Shown: in pieces, positions 20,047-31,681 of the stretch
Numbering within the stretch: the stretch's first letter is position 1
Layout of the letters: every line of letters begins with the position of its first letter
Source: Staphylococcus phage pSco-10
Direction: 5' to 3' (one strand)
Length of the DNA stretch: 64,000 nucleotides
Sequence record: KX011028.1
The notes under the pieces: generated by a model
What the model saw: the letters and a program-made list of their open reading frames with translations, nothing else
Told to the model about the DNA's origin: nothing
The model's database searches: none
Made by a program: the position numbers and the translations under genes

Positions 20047-21417
20047 TGGCATATTAATACCTATAATTCTTGTAACGTATTGTGTTTTACTGCTCTGTAC
20101 TGCACTGTCTACAATTTTCCAAGTTGTTCCTGAGAAGTTGATACCTACTCTATAAAATTCTGTAACAGGTGGTTTTGTATCTGTTCTATCTCCTGAAACA
20201 AAAGTTCCTGAGCAAACGTAGGTACCACTACCATCCAAGTAGAATTTATGACAAATTGTACCTGAATCATCATTACCTTTAGTCTTCTCTACTGTCTTAT
20301 GTTTAGTATAAACCTCTACATAAGAATAATTACTAATGTCATCTGAGAGATTCTTAGTGGCTCCTATAGATAAGAATGATTGTGCTCCAGTCCATAATTC
20401 TTTGTAAGATGGTGTAGTTTTTGGTGTAGACCAAGAACCACTACTAACAGCTCCAGTAGCAAACCTACCATCTGTACCTATAGCATAATATATACCATGA
20501 AGGTTACTTACATCTGTAACATCAGATAAATATAGACCTCTACAACTATTTGGTAATGGGGAACCAGGTACCCCATTCTGAGAATAAAAACTAAAGGTTG
20601 TTTGTCCTGTTTTCTGTATATGATTCCTTATAGCCTCTTCAAATGATATTCCTTCAGACTTATAAACGAGTAGATTAAATTTCGTACTTCCATCAGAAAT
20701 ATCATTTAGTATATATTTCTGCATATCAATAGGTTCAAATTCTTTTTTCCAGTCTGTGTATACTCCTGTAGGTTTCTTAATACTAGTGTACTCTTTACCA
20801 GTTTCAGAGTCAGTTAACCTAGCTAGTCTATTGTCATTAGAATCTACACTTAAATCTAAAAAACCTGAATCTACACCACTAGGCATACCTCCTGTCATTC
20901 CCATAACAAAATAAACACCTGGTGAAGATATATCTAAAATATTAGTACCTGTTATAACAGCATTTTTATTACTAGGTAATCCTTGAATAAATTGCCATTC
21001 TGAACTAGAGCTTCCTGAGACAAATCTATATAACGTTTTAATTTGATTATTGTTAGTAGATAATGTGTATAAATGTTGAACTACTTTACTAGAAGTATCA
21101 AGTGGTACTACATGTAATACAACATCAATAGACTCCATGTCAGGCTTATCTAATAATGTTGCTAATGTTCTAGCTCCGATATAATAGTAACCAGGTTCTT
21201 TTATATCTCTAAGAGCTGTTATGTTTCCATAAGATTTAGTTAATCCCTTATCATCAGTTAGTTTAATTTTCTGTGATTTATTAAAATTATAAACTAAATC
21301 ATCTGTAATGTCAAATATATTTCTTTCTTTTGTTAATTCTTCTCCAATGTTATTGACCTGAGTAGTCAGGTCTCTAATAACATTGTTTTCCGTTATTGTA
21401 GTAAAATTTAATGCCAT
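20044..21417 (-). CDS. putative receptor-binding / tail-fibre protein
   Basis: 457 aa; last gene of the tail module before the terminator; Gly/Ser/Thr-rich beta-rich composition; assignment from synteny only. Confidence 0.45.
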   Translation of the reverse strand: MALNFTTITENNVIRDLTTQVNNIGEELTKERNIFDITDDLVYNFNKSQKIKLTDDKGLTKSYGNITALRDIKEPGYYYIGARTLATLLDKPDMESIDVVLHVVPLDTSSKVVQHLYTLSTNNNQIKTLYRFVSGSSSSEWQFIQGLPSNKNAVITGTNILDISSPGVYFVMGMTGGMPSGVDSGFLDLSVDSNDNRLARLTDSETGKEYTSIKKPTGVYTDWKKEFEPIDMQKYILNDISDGSTKFNLLVYKSEGISFEEAIRNHIQKTGQTTFSFYSQNGVPGSPLPNSCRGLYLSDVTDVSNLHGIYYAIGTDGRFATGAVSSGSWSTPKTTPSYKELWTGAQSFLSIGATKNLSDDISNYSYVEVYTKHKTVEKTKGNDDSGTICHKFYLDGSGTYVCSGTFVSGDRTDTKPPVTEFYRVGINFSGTTWKIVDSAVQSSKTQYVTRIIGINMP

Positions 21418-21423
21418 TTATGA

Positions 21424-21798
21424 TTACCCCTTTTGACCTAAAAGTTGTTGAAGCATTTTCATCATAGCTTCTTGTTGCTGTCTCATAATCTCTAACTCTG
21501 CTTTTAAGCTATCGTATTGTTCTTTAGGTACAGTAAGTTGTTGAGACTCTTCGTCATTATCATTGCTTCGTGGTGGTACATAGTCTTTATTTTCTATAAC
21601 CTCTTCAGGCTTTTTATAATACAAATATCTTTCACAGGCAAAATTATCAAAGAAGTAAGCAGGTAAAATTTCCCTATTAACTTTTACCTGTCCGAAATCT
21701 GTGTCATAAGCACCTGCTGTTGTAAATCCTGTAATGTATTTACCTTCTCTTAGATGTAATACTATTTCATCTCTACCAATATCAAAGTATCGAGTCAT
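21424..21798 (-). CDS. hypothetical protein (possible fibre assembly chaperone)
   Basis: 124 aa ORF between two fibre-like genes; coiled-coil C-terminus. Confidence 0.35.
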   Translation of the reverse strand: MTRYFDIGRDEIVLHLREGKYITGFTTAGAYDTDFGQVKVNREILPAYFFDNFACERYLYYKKPEEVIENKDYVPPRSNDNDEESQQLTVPKEQYDSLKAELEIMRQQQEAMMKMLQQLLGQKG

Positions 21799-21811
21799 TC
21801 TATTTACCCTC

Positions 21812-23725
21812 CTAAAGTGTATTAATTCCTGCTATTCTATATATAGTTATTATTCCTTGAGCATTGTATCCTGATACAGATGTCGTATTTGTAGACCCGT
21901 TTAAAGTAACTTGTTTAGCCATATTAGGTGTAGCTGAAGTAGTTGTTGGGAAAGATAAATATCCTTCAAAAAAGTCTACCCCTGAGCCTGTGGAATCATT
22001 AGCTAGATTGAAATCTCTTATATATAAGTATGGCGTTGTAGGTGTTCTTAAATCTAGAAACATTGTTTTATAATGTCCTGCTGATTTTGTTATATACACA
22101 ACTTCCAACATATCATAGTTAGTCCAAGAGTCATTTAAAGGTATCGTATCTTTTGAGCCATAATCTAATGTACCTTCCCAAAGTATTGTAGATGTTCTTT
22201 GTTGTTTTAGAGGCTTCCAACCGTAATTATATCCACCATAATATAAGGTGTAAGGTATACCTTCTGAATCTGTAAATACCAGTTTAATAAACTTATTAGT
22301 ACTATTTGGGTCACCTTTATCATAATCTACTTGTATAGTTCCTCTAATAGAACGTCCTCTAGGTGTTCCCTCGATAGAGCCCTGACAATAGAAAGTATGG
22401 TAGCCTTGAGGTACTGTCATAATTAAGTCTTTTAGAGACATACCGTTTACATCATTCTCAAACCATGCATACTTAAAGTAATTTCTATTATCTACATCTG
22501 AAGTATAGTTATTTAATATTGATTGTTCATCAGCATACTCCGACCAATTTGACCAAATCTCATCGTATTGTACTTTATCGTCTTGATGTGTTATGAAAGG
22601 TGTGGCTTTATTACCTTTTTCTAATTTAGGTAAAGCATAATAACCTGTCATACCAGTACCTGTCCCTGAGTTAACAGTAGTAATACGCATAGCACAAGCA
22701 ATATACTTAGCTTCTGATTCAGGAGGTACTGTAGCTGTTACAGTAAGTCTTTGCCATTCTTTCTCTTTTAAATCTGCTTTATAGTATTTAGCACTTTGTA
22801 TAGAGGTGTTAACATCTAATAAATCATCAGTATATTTATCCACTTGTATATAAAACGCATTATCTTTCATTGCCTCTAAGCTAGGAACATACAAGTAAGT
22901 AGAGAATGTTAATTCTTCTCCAGGTTGTACATCTTTGCCTATTTCTAACCCTCTACTTCTAATAATAGGATATTTTGCTGTCCCATTGTTAGTCACCTTA
23001 GCTGTTTTATTCCCTTCGAAACTTATATCATTTGTAATTGAAGTATCAGATGTGTCTATTGTATCCCATTTCCAATTACTATTTCTATCTGTGTAAGGTT
23101 TTAAGTTATACTGTGTTTCCTCAAATAAACTATCTCTAAGTAAGTTAGGGTTTTGTTCTTGTACAGGAAGCTTTCTTATCATTTTAAATGTAGATGTAGA
23201 ATTAACAGGGTTAAACTCTACTAAAGACGAGACACCATTTTTACTTTCTTTATAATTAACCCATCCTGTATTTAAGTTCTCTTTAAGGGGATTAATTAAT
23301 GTTGCGTACTGAGTTGTAGATTCAGTAAGTTCTTTTACATTCAAAGTATTACCTTCATTGTATAAGTTACCTTCATCTAATTTAAAACTAATCCAATCAT
23401 ATACTGTTTTATCAGCATAAGTCTTAATATACATTTTATTACTATTAAATGGTGAATAATATACTTTGTAATAACGTGAATTTCTTTTATCTAACCGTAC
23501 GAATCCATTCCGATTTTCTCCTGGTGGGAAATTTGTAGAAGTTGTCACATAATAATTACCACTATCAGGAATCTTATCTAGTATATTATTAAAATCAGGC
23601 TGTGATATTACTTTTAAATCACTAGGATTAACCTCTGTTTTTAAGAAGTTACCTATATCATTTACCTTAGGATACATATCCTTTAACTTTTGTGTTTCAG
23701 TAAGAGGCGTGTAGTTAAATGCCAT
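21812..23725 (-). CDS. putative receptor-binding protein
   Basis: 637 aa; Asn/Thr/Tyr-rich; position distal to the baseplate genes. Confidence 0.45.
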   Translation of the reverse strand: MAFNYTPLTETQKLKDMYPKVNDIGNFLKTEVNPSDLKVISQPDFNNILDKIPDSGNYYVTTSTNFPPGENRNGFVRLDKRNSRYYKVYYSPFNSNKMYIKTYADKTVYDWISFKLDEGNLYNEGNTLNVKELTESTTQYATLINPLKENLNTGWVNYKESKNGVSSLVEFNPVNSTSTFKMIRKLPVQEQNPNLLRDSLFEETQYNLKPYTDRNSNWKWDTIDTSDTSITNDISFEGNKTAKVTNNGTAKYPIIRSRGLEIGKDVQPGEELTFSTYLYVPSLEAMKDNAFYIQVDKYTDDLLDVNTSIQSAKYYKADLKEKEWQRLTVTATVPPESEAKYIACAMRITTVNSGTGTGMTGYYALPKLEKGNKATPFITHQDDKVQYDEIWSNWSEYADEQSILNNYTSDVDNRNYFKYAWFENDVNGMSLKDLIMTVPQGYHTFYCQGSIEGTPRGRSIRGTIQVDYDKGDPNSTNKFIKLVFTDSEGIPYTLYYGGYNYGWKPLKQQRTSTILWEGTLDYGSKDTIPLNDSWTNYDMLEVVYITKSAGHYKTMFLDLRTPTTPYLYIRDFNLANDSTGSGVDFFEGYLSFPTTTSATPNMAKQVTLNGSTNTTSVSGYNAQGIITIYRIAGINTL

Positions 23726-23881
23726 CTATTTTTCTCCTCTCTCTTTCTTTAATTCATTAAGAAGTCTATCAACTTCATTAATTTTTTCCTTATATGTTCT
23801 TTCTAATTCCTTAATTGATTTCTCTTCAACAGTAGGAATAAACAGCTTAGCTTGAGAATAAGGGTCTCTAACTTCTCTAGG
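23726..23881 (-). CDS. small hypothetical protein (about 51 aa, charged/coiled-coil); below the track's size cutoff
   Basis: ATG preceded by AAGGAGAG at 7 nt; reads MPREVRDPYSQAKLFIPTVEKSIKELERTYKEKINEVDRLLNELKKERGEK; its stop abuts the next ATG. Confidence 0.4.
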   Translation of the reverse strand, partial: PREVRDPYSQAKLFIPTVEEKSIKELERTYKEKINEVDRLLNELKKERGEK

Positions 23882-23904
23882 CATATAAATCTCTCCTTAT
23901 TAAA

Positions 23905-23927
23905 TAAAGAGGGGTCAACCAACCCCT
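23905..23927 (-). terminator. possible terminator hairpin
   Basis: AGAGGGGT(caacc)AACCCCTCT; followed on the minus strand by a T-rich run, CTTTATTTAAT. Confidence 0.35.
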
Positions 23928-26900
23928 CTAGTTTTCATCCCTAGTAGTAACCATAAGTCTACGAACACGAGGACGTAAAAAGCTATTTTCAGTTGATAAG
24001 TCTAATCTAACTTGTAGTTTAGTATTTGTTCCTGATGATTTTACTTTCTCGTCAATGACGTAGCGTGTAAACTCATTGTTGGCTCTAGTAGTTGTAGGTG
24101 ATTTAGTAAATGTTTTCCAAGTTTTCCCATCATCATCAGAGTACTTAGGAACAACTTTAGTACCTCTAGGTAAGAAAGCTTCATAACTAAATCTTATTGT
24201 ATTGTAAGGAGCCTCTGTCATATCAATAGCTCTGCCGATATATGAGCCTGTTAATTCTGTTAAGAATGTAGTGAATGTTAAATCATTAGAGCTCATTAGT
24301 GGTGAGATATATCTATTTGATTCAAAAGTTGCTCTTAACTTAATTTGTCTTGCTAAACCTAAAACATCTAAGTCTTGGTAGTTACCAATAGGCTCCCATT
24401 TCAATTGGTCGAATGTTGTAGAAGATGCCATATCATCTAAAATAACTTTCATTTCCCATGTACATCCTGTTCTCTCAGGAGTTAAGTACGTAGACATAAG
24501 AACTATTCTATCTGCAGATACATCTTTAATTGGTTCGAATTCAATTGTTGCTGTCTCATTAAATTTAGAAGTATAGATACCAAATTTAAGGTCAGAGTTT
24601 TGATGTGGAGTCCATGTTGATGCGTTTGATGAGCTGAATAATACACCTTGAATGTAAGGGTTACCTGAGATAACCTCATTAGGTTTATCAATCTTAGGCT
24701 TAGTTCTAGTACCTACCCACATCGTATAATCACTGTTCTCAGTAATAATAACGATAGCGTATTCCTTACCGCCTTCAGCCATCATAGGGTCATCAAAGTA
24801 TACTCTAGTTTCAGCACTAGCATTATTAGATACTTTAATATCATCAGCATTCAGAACTGTTTCTGCATAGATTGTTTTATTAGGATACCCTTGGTCACCC
24901 ATACCTCTAATTTGGATAGTAACATTAGATTGTTTATCACCTTTAGAAGCAAAGTATAAACCTAGTGATGAAATAGTTCTGTTTTCATCATATTGGAATG
25001 ATTGTGCTAATGGGTCTACTAAGTTTACTGTTACACGAGTTCTGATAATAATATCTTGAACGGTTTTTTTACGTCCTTGAGCTGTGTAAGTTGTAGCACT
25101 TGTAGAGTTAGCATTCTTAAGTGTAACTTCTCGGTTACCGCAACGAATACCTGCAGGAATAGTAAATTTACCTTTAGCTGTTCCTTTTGCATCTGTCATG
25201 ATAGTTCCATCTTCAGAACCTTTTCTGTAACCAGTTGCAGGAGTAATAGGACATCTTACACCATCAAATAATAAATATAAGTTATTATCATTAGGGTTTA
25301 GTCCTTTAACTTCGAAGGATACATCTCTGATTCTGATGAACTCAATCATTTCTTCTAGAGTACGTTGTCCTCCTGATTCTAATAAAGTACCAGTACGTCC
25401 GTGCTCTCTATCGTAAGCGTAAGTTTCACCTTTCCACTTTTGCCCTGCATCTAATTGTAAATTAGAGTACAAGTAATGCTCAGTCTCACCATAGTAACTT
25501 TCATTATGTCTCCAAAATCGTTTCATAGTTACTTTCTTAGTTTTTTGTTCAGTGATTGTAACATTTTCAGTATCAATCCAGTTATCCTCACTAGGTGTTA
25601 GTTTCAATACACCTTGTTTATTAGGGATATTATAAGGGTTAACATTTAATGTTTCTGATGCTTGACCTTGATAGATTGTACGCTCTTCAGTAAATGGTGC
25701 TGAAATTAATCTACCCCAAATATGAGCTGTTGTATCTCCAGGAATAATCTGCGGTTGGTTAACTGCTTCTGTATAAGCTAAAGTAGCTTCTGCGTCTTCA
25801 AAACTAAATACAACACCAAAGTCAGGGTGTGTAATATCTGATTTATCTAGACTAATGAAACCTTCACTAAATACTGAACGTAACGTTAGAGGGTTCTGTC
25901 CTTCCATTGCACCATCATCTAAGGCATTTACTGCTTGGTTATACTCTAAGTTGTCTACTCTTGTTTTTACTTTTTGTAAGTCTTCCATAGATAATCTAGT
26001 GATTGCAAATGAAATACAAACTGCTTCATCTGAATCAGGTAATACTGTAACTGTACCTAATTGTAAATTCTCAGGGTCTGTATTTAATGGAGGTGTAACT
26101 AATCTCATAATGTTAGGCTCACCAGGTAATATTGCAATATCACCATACTTATTAATAAACACTGAATCTTTACGAGCCAAGTAGTAAGTATAGTCTACTA
26201 ATACTACTGTTTGGTCAATAGGTTTAGCTCCATTTGAAGGTGTAAAGTTAATGTACCATTTCTTACTTAACCCTTCACCTTGAGTTGTTACTTCATAATC
26301 TTTACCAACTTCCATACGTTTATTATATTTATAAGAAACATAGTATGAAGTACCGCCTGAGGGTTCTTGTCCTTGAGGTGACCAGTCAATCGTTTGACCG
26401 TCTGTTAATCTGAAGTCTTCTCCTTGTTTATATTCTTTTGTAGTAACTCCAGGGCTTGTTTCAGTCCAAACTTTTACAATCTCAAACGCTGTATTATTAG
26501 ATAAGAAGTCTTGACCGTCACCTTCTGCTCCTCTAGTAACTCGTTCTTTTTCAATAAGTACTTGACCTGTAACACGTTTTATTTCGTTTACAGGGCTATT
26601 AGCTAAACTAATAGAATTACTAGATTTATTGAAAACTGTACTTTCATTCTCTGCCGTACCTAAGTCATAAGATTTTGGTACACTAATTCTTGTTGATACG
26701 GGTTTATCTACTTTAAAACCTTTTACATAGGCTTTACCTGCATCTACAACTACAGAAACGTGGTCATCATCTTCAGCATTACCTTCTGAGAATAACTCAA
26801 AACCACTTACTTTATATGAACCTGATTCATCATAAGTACGTTCAGCTAATACTTTATTGATTTTATCCATCTCAGCATTAGTTGATTGGATGTATAAATC

Positions 26901-27389
26901 TCCGTCCATGAAAGTATAAATAGTTGCTGTAGTAGGGTCATTAACAGTTAATGACATCTTTTCTTCTAATCTATCTGCACCTTTAGAGAAGTAACTTGGT
27001 ACTCCACTAGTCTGATCTAATAGACTAGCATCTTCATCAGGTGTTATGATGCGTTCTGTTAACTTGATACCTATAGTTTCTTTACCTACTCCAGTTAGTT
27101 TAACTGAGTCATTGCTATCATAATATCTTATTTTACCATTGATATATACATAACCAGGATTGATTGTCAATACATTATCTTCAGATAATGTGAATCCAAG
27201 TCCTGATTGTTTATCTCCGTCTTTAAAAATAGCGTCTCCTAGATTTTTTAAATAATATTGGTCTATAGACTGCATTTCATTTAATTCTGCCTGTTGTAGA
27301 GGTCTATCAGGATTAAATAATACTTTTGTTCTATCTTTAGACGGGTCAAATCTATCTAAATAAGGTGAACCTTTAAAATTAATTGCCAT
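23928..27389 (-). CDS. large distal tail / adsorption-associated protein
   Basis: 1153 aa, beta-rich; position in the tail module. Confidence 0.5.
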   Translation of the reverse strand: MAINFKGSPYLDRFDPSKDRTKVLFNPDRPLQQAELNEMQSIDQYYLKNLGDAIFKDGDKQSGLGFTLSEDNVLTINPGYVYINGKIRYYDSNDSVKLTGVGKETIGIKLTERIITPDEDASLLDQTSGVPSYFSKGADRLEEKMSLTVNDPTTATIYTFMDGDLYIQSTNAEMDKINKVLAERTYDESGSYKVSGFELFSEGNAEDDDHVSVVVDAGKAYVKGFKVDKPVSTRISVPKSYDLGTAENESTVFNKSSNSISLANSPVNEIKRVTGQVLIEKERVTRGAEGDGQDFLSNNTAFEIVKVWTETSPGVTTKEYKQGEDFRLTDGQTIDWSPQGQEPSGGTSYYVSYKYNKRMEVGKDYEVTTQGEGLSKKWYINFTPSNGAKPIDQTVVLVDYTYYLARKDSVFINKYGDIAILPGEPNIMRLVTPPLNTDPENLQLGTVTVLPDSDEAVCISFAITRLSMEDLQKVKTRVDNLEYNQAVNALDDGAMEGQNPLTLRSVFSEGFISLDKSDITHPDFGVVFSFEDAEATLAYTEAVNQPQIIPGDTTAHIWGRLISAPFTEERTIYQGQASETLNVNPYNIPNKQGVLKLTPSEDNWIDTENVTITEQKTKKVTMKRFWRHNESYYGETEHYLYSNLQLDAGQKWKGETYAYDREHGRTGTLLESGGQRTLEEMIEFIRIRDVSFEVKGLNPNDNNLYLLFDGVRCPITPATGYRKGSEDGTIMTDAKGTAKGKFTIPAGIRCGNREVTLKNANSTSATTYTAQGRKKTVQDIIIRTRVTVNLVDPLAQSFQYDENRTISSLGLYFASKGDKQSNVTIQIRGMGDQGYPNKTIYAETVLNADDIKVSNNASAETRVYFDDPMMAEGGKEYAIVIITENSDYTMWVGTRTKPKIDKPNEVISGNPYIQGVLFSSSNASTWTPHQNSDLKFGIYTSKFNETATIEFEPIKDVSADRIVLMSTYLTPERTGCTWEMKVILDDMASSTTFDQLKWEPIGNYQDLDVLGLARQIKLRATFESNRYISPLMSSNDLTFTTFLTELTGSYIGRAIDMTEAPYNTIRFSYEAFLPRGTKVVPKYSDDDGKTWKTFTKSPTTTRANNEFTRYVIDEKVKSSGTNTKLQVRLDLSTENSFLRPRVRRLMVTTRDEN

Positions 27390-27409
27390 TTAGAATTATC
27401 TCCCTTTCT

Positions 27410-27946
<537 letters not shown>

Positions 27947-28004
27947 TCATCTGTTGTTTTCTTTATTAATATAACATGGTATACCCACTAAATATTACTT
28001 TATA

Positions 28005-28033
28005 AGTATACCATATTATTAACTTTCTGTCAA
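28005..28033 (-). promoter_or_regulatory. consensus-like sigma-A promoter (TTGACA, 17 bp spacer, TGgTATACT)
   Basis: Seen on the minus strand between the 28042 stop and the 27931 start. Confidence 0.45.
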
Positions 28034-28041
28034 CTTATTTA

Positions 28042-30600
28042 TTAAACTTTTCTTAATTCTACTCTTCTTACCTTAGATGTACCATCATCATATGGTCTGA
28101 TATAAAGTCTAACATCTGTATTTAACCTTGGGTTGCTTTCAGTAGACGCTTTTGCAATAAATTCTTTTTCAACATACCCATTAGATACTTCAGATGAAGA
28201 AATAGCTAGTTCACCAAAGTTAGGGTTGGAGTTGTATAAAGATATAAATTCTAAGTTCTCTTTAAAGTCCCCCTCAATAACAAGTTTATATCTTGTTTTT
28301 TCTTGTACAGGTTCGTATAGTTCATAGTCTATATACTGAGAGCGTGTTGCTGTTCTTTCAACAAATCCATTTTTAATAATACTTGTATTTGGTAACTGTT
28401 CAGATATAGAATCTACTACTTTAATTCTGTTATCTACATTGAGTGACTCTGCGGTTAGTAACTCTTCTTTTAGTTCACTTATTAATCTACTAGAACCTAA
28501 AGTCAATGGTTCAGTATAGTTAGTTAAAGTATAAGCTAACCTATCTAAATCAGTATAAGCACCTACGTCAAATAAAGTAGCTTTAATAACTTCTCCAGTA
28601 GCCCCGTCAAATACTCCACCTTCAGTATCTTTAACTATTTTCATAGAACCTAAATCAATATCGGATAATTTATCTATATCTTGCCATACAGCATTAAAGT
28701 AATCATTAGACATATTAGATAAGGAACCTTCTTGATTATTAAGTTCACCTAATTTAACATTCCAAATAGAACGTAATGATACTTTTGACATTGGATTTAT
28801 ATTAGAATAATCTACAGTCTGTAATCCATATAAATCTATTAATATATTAGGTACTATAGTTTCACCCTCAGGTATTTCAGTTAATGCTGTCAGTTCTTCC
28901 CAAGCATCACCATAATAAGAATATTCAAATTTAATATTTGGAATTAAAACATCACTATTTAATTCAAAACTGTGTATATTAGTTTTGACATTACCATATG
29001 ATAATATCAAACTATTAGAGTTATCTTCTAAAATAGTACTTGGGATATTATTAGTGTTATTATCTACAGTAATAATTTCTATATGATTACTTAGGTTATC
29101 AATATCTCCTGATACTCTTAGATAACCTATAGGCTGAAAACCTGTTTTACTTATAATATCTCCGTTATTCAGAGAAGTTAGTTTAAATGCTTCTACATAA
29201 GTCTCTCTAGATATATCTAAATAATTCTCTACTAATGCTTTATAAGGTTTTATTGTATAAATACTTCGTTCATAGTAATAAAACATTAAATCTAGGTAAT
29301 TAACTTTAATATCTACTGAATCTCTTCTACCCGCATTTATCTCTAATCTAGTAAACATATTTAATTCACTGTTTAGATAATCTTTTATATATCCTATATT
29401 GCTCCCGATATTTTTTTCATAGAAAGATAAGTTATTAATTGATACTGTAAGCCATCTATTAATAGAGAAGTCATAAACTTGTAATTTAATTTCTATACTT
29501 TCATCAGGAGGTAGTACAGCACTAAGATAGTAATCAATACTTAATTCTTTTATATAATCAGATACAATTCTTCTAGACTCATCAGATTGTAAATCTACCT
29601 GAGGTCTGTACTTGCTCATATAATCTCTAAAGTTAAAGTTATTGTATAAGTAAGACACACCGGAAGTAGTTTGCATATTAAGTTCTACTGTATTGTTATT
29701 CTTAATACTAGTATACATATAGTAGTCAGTAGGTACTTCTTGTCCTCTACCTTCTGTACTAGCACTTATTTGATTTACAGAAGATGTCATACTTGGGTTA
29801 TAAACATATGATGTTACGTATCCATAGTTAACATATTGTCTACCTACACTAGAGGAACCAGTTAAAACATCTAAGCTATTAATCAAACTATGATTTGTTT
29901 TAAAAATGTCTGATGAACTATTATCGTTATCTTTACTTTGATTCATATTCAAATGACCATAAAATGTATCATCATAACCTATAAATCTATCAAACTCTTG
30001 ATATGTTTCAATTTTAGGTAGTCCATCTAACCACTTAATAATTGCTCCGCCCCTAATAGTAGAAGCCCCATCATAAGTGACATATAAAGTTACACCTGCA
30101 GGTTTGAATTCATTAATTACATCTATAATTTCTACAGGGAAATAATCACCTATAGAGACATTAATAACAGCAAATCTATAATAGTATCCCATTAAATGGT
30201 CTTCTCCATTTAAATGTGATTTGTTAGTATAGAAAATATTTGTAAAAGGCTCATACACACTTACATCAATATCATCTCTACCTAAATAATCTTTTATAGC
30301 ATCTATTATAGCATTATTAGTTCCTCTTTTCAAGAGTAAGTATCGTATAATTCTTGCTCTATAAGTTGTATCATCTTCATTTGCTCTTCTATATACACCA
30401 AACCAGTCTCCAAATTTATCTAGATATTCACTCGTTGCGGTCTTTAGAGAAGACTGTAACTTACTTTCTATAGCATCCCTTTCTACTTGATTCATCTCTT
30501 CATTGAGTGCATCTATCAGAGCAAAGTTAGGGTCTTGATTATCTTTTGTATTTCTATTTCTTCTTAACAATGGATGAAGATTTTTTAAAAAATTAGCCAC
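28042..30600 (-). CDS. baseplate / tail-fibre structural protein
   Basis: 852 aa; downstream of a baseplate J-like gene. Confidence 0.45.
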   Translation of the reverse strand: MANFLKNLHPLLRRNRNTKDNQDPNFALIDALNEEMNQVERDAIESKLQSSLKTATSEYLDKFGDWFGVYRRANEDDTTYRARIIRYLLLKRGTNNAIIDAIKDYLGRDDIDVSVYEPFTNIFYTNKSHLNGEDHLMGYYYRFAVINVSIGDYFPVEIIDVINEFKPAGVTLYVTYDGASTIRGGAIIKWLDGLPKIETYQEFDRFIGYDDTFYGHLNMNQSKDNDNSSSDIFKTNHSLINSLDVLTGSSSVGRQYVNYGYVTSYVYNPSMTSSVNQISASTEGRGQEVPTDYYMYTSIKNNNTVELNMQTTSGVSYLYNNFNFRDYMSKYRPQVDLQSDESRRIVSDYIKELSIDYYLSAVLPPDESIEIKLQVYDFSINRWLTVSINNLSFYEKNIGSNIGYIKDYLNSELNMFTRLEINAGRRDSVDIKVNYLDLMFYYYERSIYTIKPYKALVENYLDISRETYVEAFKLTSLNNGDIISKTGFQPIGYLRVSGDIDNLSNHIEIITVDNNTNNIPSTILEDNSNSLILSYGNVKTNIHSFELNSDVLIPNIKFEYSYYGDAWEELTALTEIPEGETIVPNILIDLYGLQTVDYSNINPMSKVSLRSIWNVKLGELNNQEGSLSNMSNDYFNAVWQDIDKLSDIDLGSMKIVKDTEGGVFDGATGEVIKATLFDVGAYTDLDRLAYTLTNYTEPLTLGSSRLISELKEELLTAESLNVDNRIKVVDSISEQLPNTSIIKNGFVERTATRSQYIDYELYEPVQEKTRYKLVIEGDFKENLEFISLYNSNPNFGELAISSSEVSNGYVEKEFIAKASTESNPRLNTDVRLYIRPYDDGTSKVRRVELRKV

Positions 30601-30620
30601 GGCTTAAGTTTCACCTCTCT

Positions 30621-31667
30621 TTACTTTAGTTCTACTTTTATTTCTCCTGCTCTAATAATTCCTTGTGGTGGTACTATAATATTCTCATCTAAGTTATCAA
30701 ATGACACATCATAGATTAATACATCATCAATATTCATTATAGCTTGAATAAGGTCTGTAATTATTAGGTCATCAGAAGTTTTTAAATTATTTAAATAGCT
30801 TCTAATAACACCTTCAATATGTTTTTGTAATGTATCACCAATTCTAGATTTATTAGATATAGTTACTGTAGCAGAAACATTAACTTCTTCTTTTTCTACT
30901 CCCGTAACATCTAACATTATACCACTTGGTCTATAGTCTTGTAAAGCACTAATTATATCTTCTTTTAAAGTATTTGATAAATTACCATTTTTATCATGAG
31001 CAAACACTGTTATATGCCCTGTTTCTTCATAAACATAAACACCCTCTACATCAGGTATTTGTAACGCCCCGTATCTCACTGATTTATTAGTTGCTCTTCC
31101 TCTAGATTCTACAAAAGAGTGAAACCTACGCTTAAAGTCTTCTTGGCTCTCTTCTTTAGTTCCTGTATTAAAAGAGTATTCATTATTAACACTTCTAATC
31201 AAACTAGAACCTGATGCTATAGTGTTAATTGTTCCTTCAGGAACATTACCTGCAACTCCTGTTTCTTTACAATAAACTTCAACAACAATCTCAGTAGAAT
31301 CAGGCTCTGCATAATAATCAACTAATGTTTCAAATTGCTGAGGGTATTCTTGTCGTGTTGAAGTAAAAGTTGTTCCTGCAGGTATATACATTCTCATATC
31401 CAAGGGTTGATAGAATTGAATGGTAACATTACCATAAGCCCTTTTCGATTGTCTCTTTTGGAAATCAAAAGCCTCAATAATACCTTCTTGTATACCCCAA
31501 TCAATATTTTCTTTTGTCAAGATATAAAATTGCTCTATCTCTAATGCTACAGCTTCTAATAGTGAACGAGAAGCTGAACCAGGGGTAAAGTCTGTTATCT
31601 TACTTGTACCTGCCATTGTCTTATCCATTAATTTTGATAGTATGTTAGTTAATTTTCTAGTTTTCAT
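30621..31667 (-). CDS. baseplate J-like protein
   Basis: 348 aa; size and position after a gp25/W-like gene; assignment by synteny only. Confidence 0.4.
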   Translation of the reverse strand: MKTRKLTNILSKLMDKTMAGTSKITDFTPGSASRSLLEAVALEIEQFYILTKENIDWGIQEGIIEAFDFQKRQSKRAYGNVTIQFYQPLDMRMYIPAGTTFTSTRQEYPQQFETLVDYYAEPDSTEIVVEVYCKETGVAGNVPEGTINTIASGSSLIRSVNNEYSFNTGTKEESQEDFKRRFHSFVESRGRATNKSVRYGALQIPDVEGVYVYEETGHITVFAHDKNGNLSNTLKEDIISALQDYRPSGIMLDVTGVEKEEVNVSATVTISNKSRIGDTLQKHIEGVIRSYLNNLKTSDDLIITDLIQAIMNIDDVLIYDVSFDNLDENIIVPPQGIIRAGEIKVELK

Positions 31668-31681
31668 AATTTAATCCTTTC

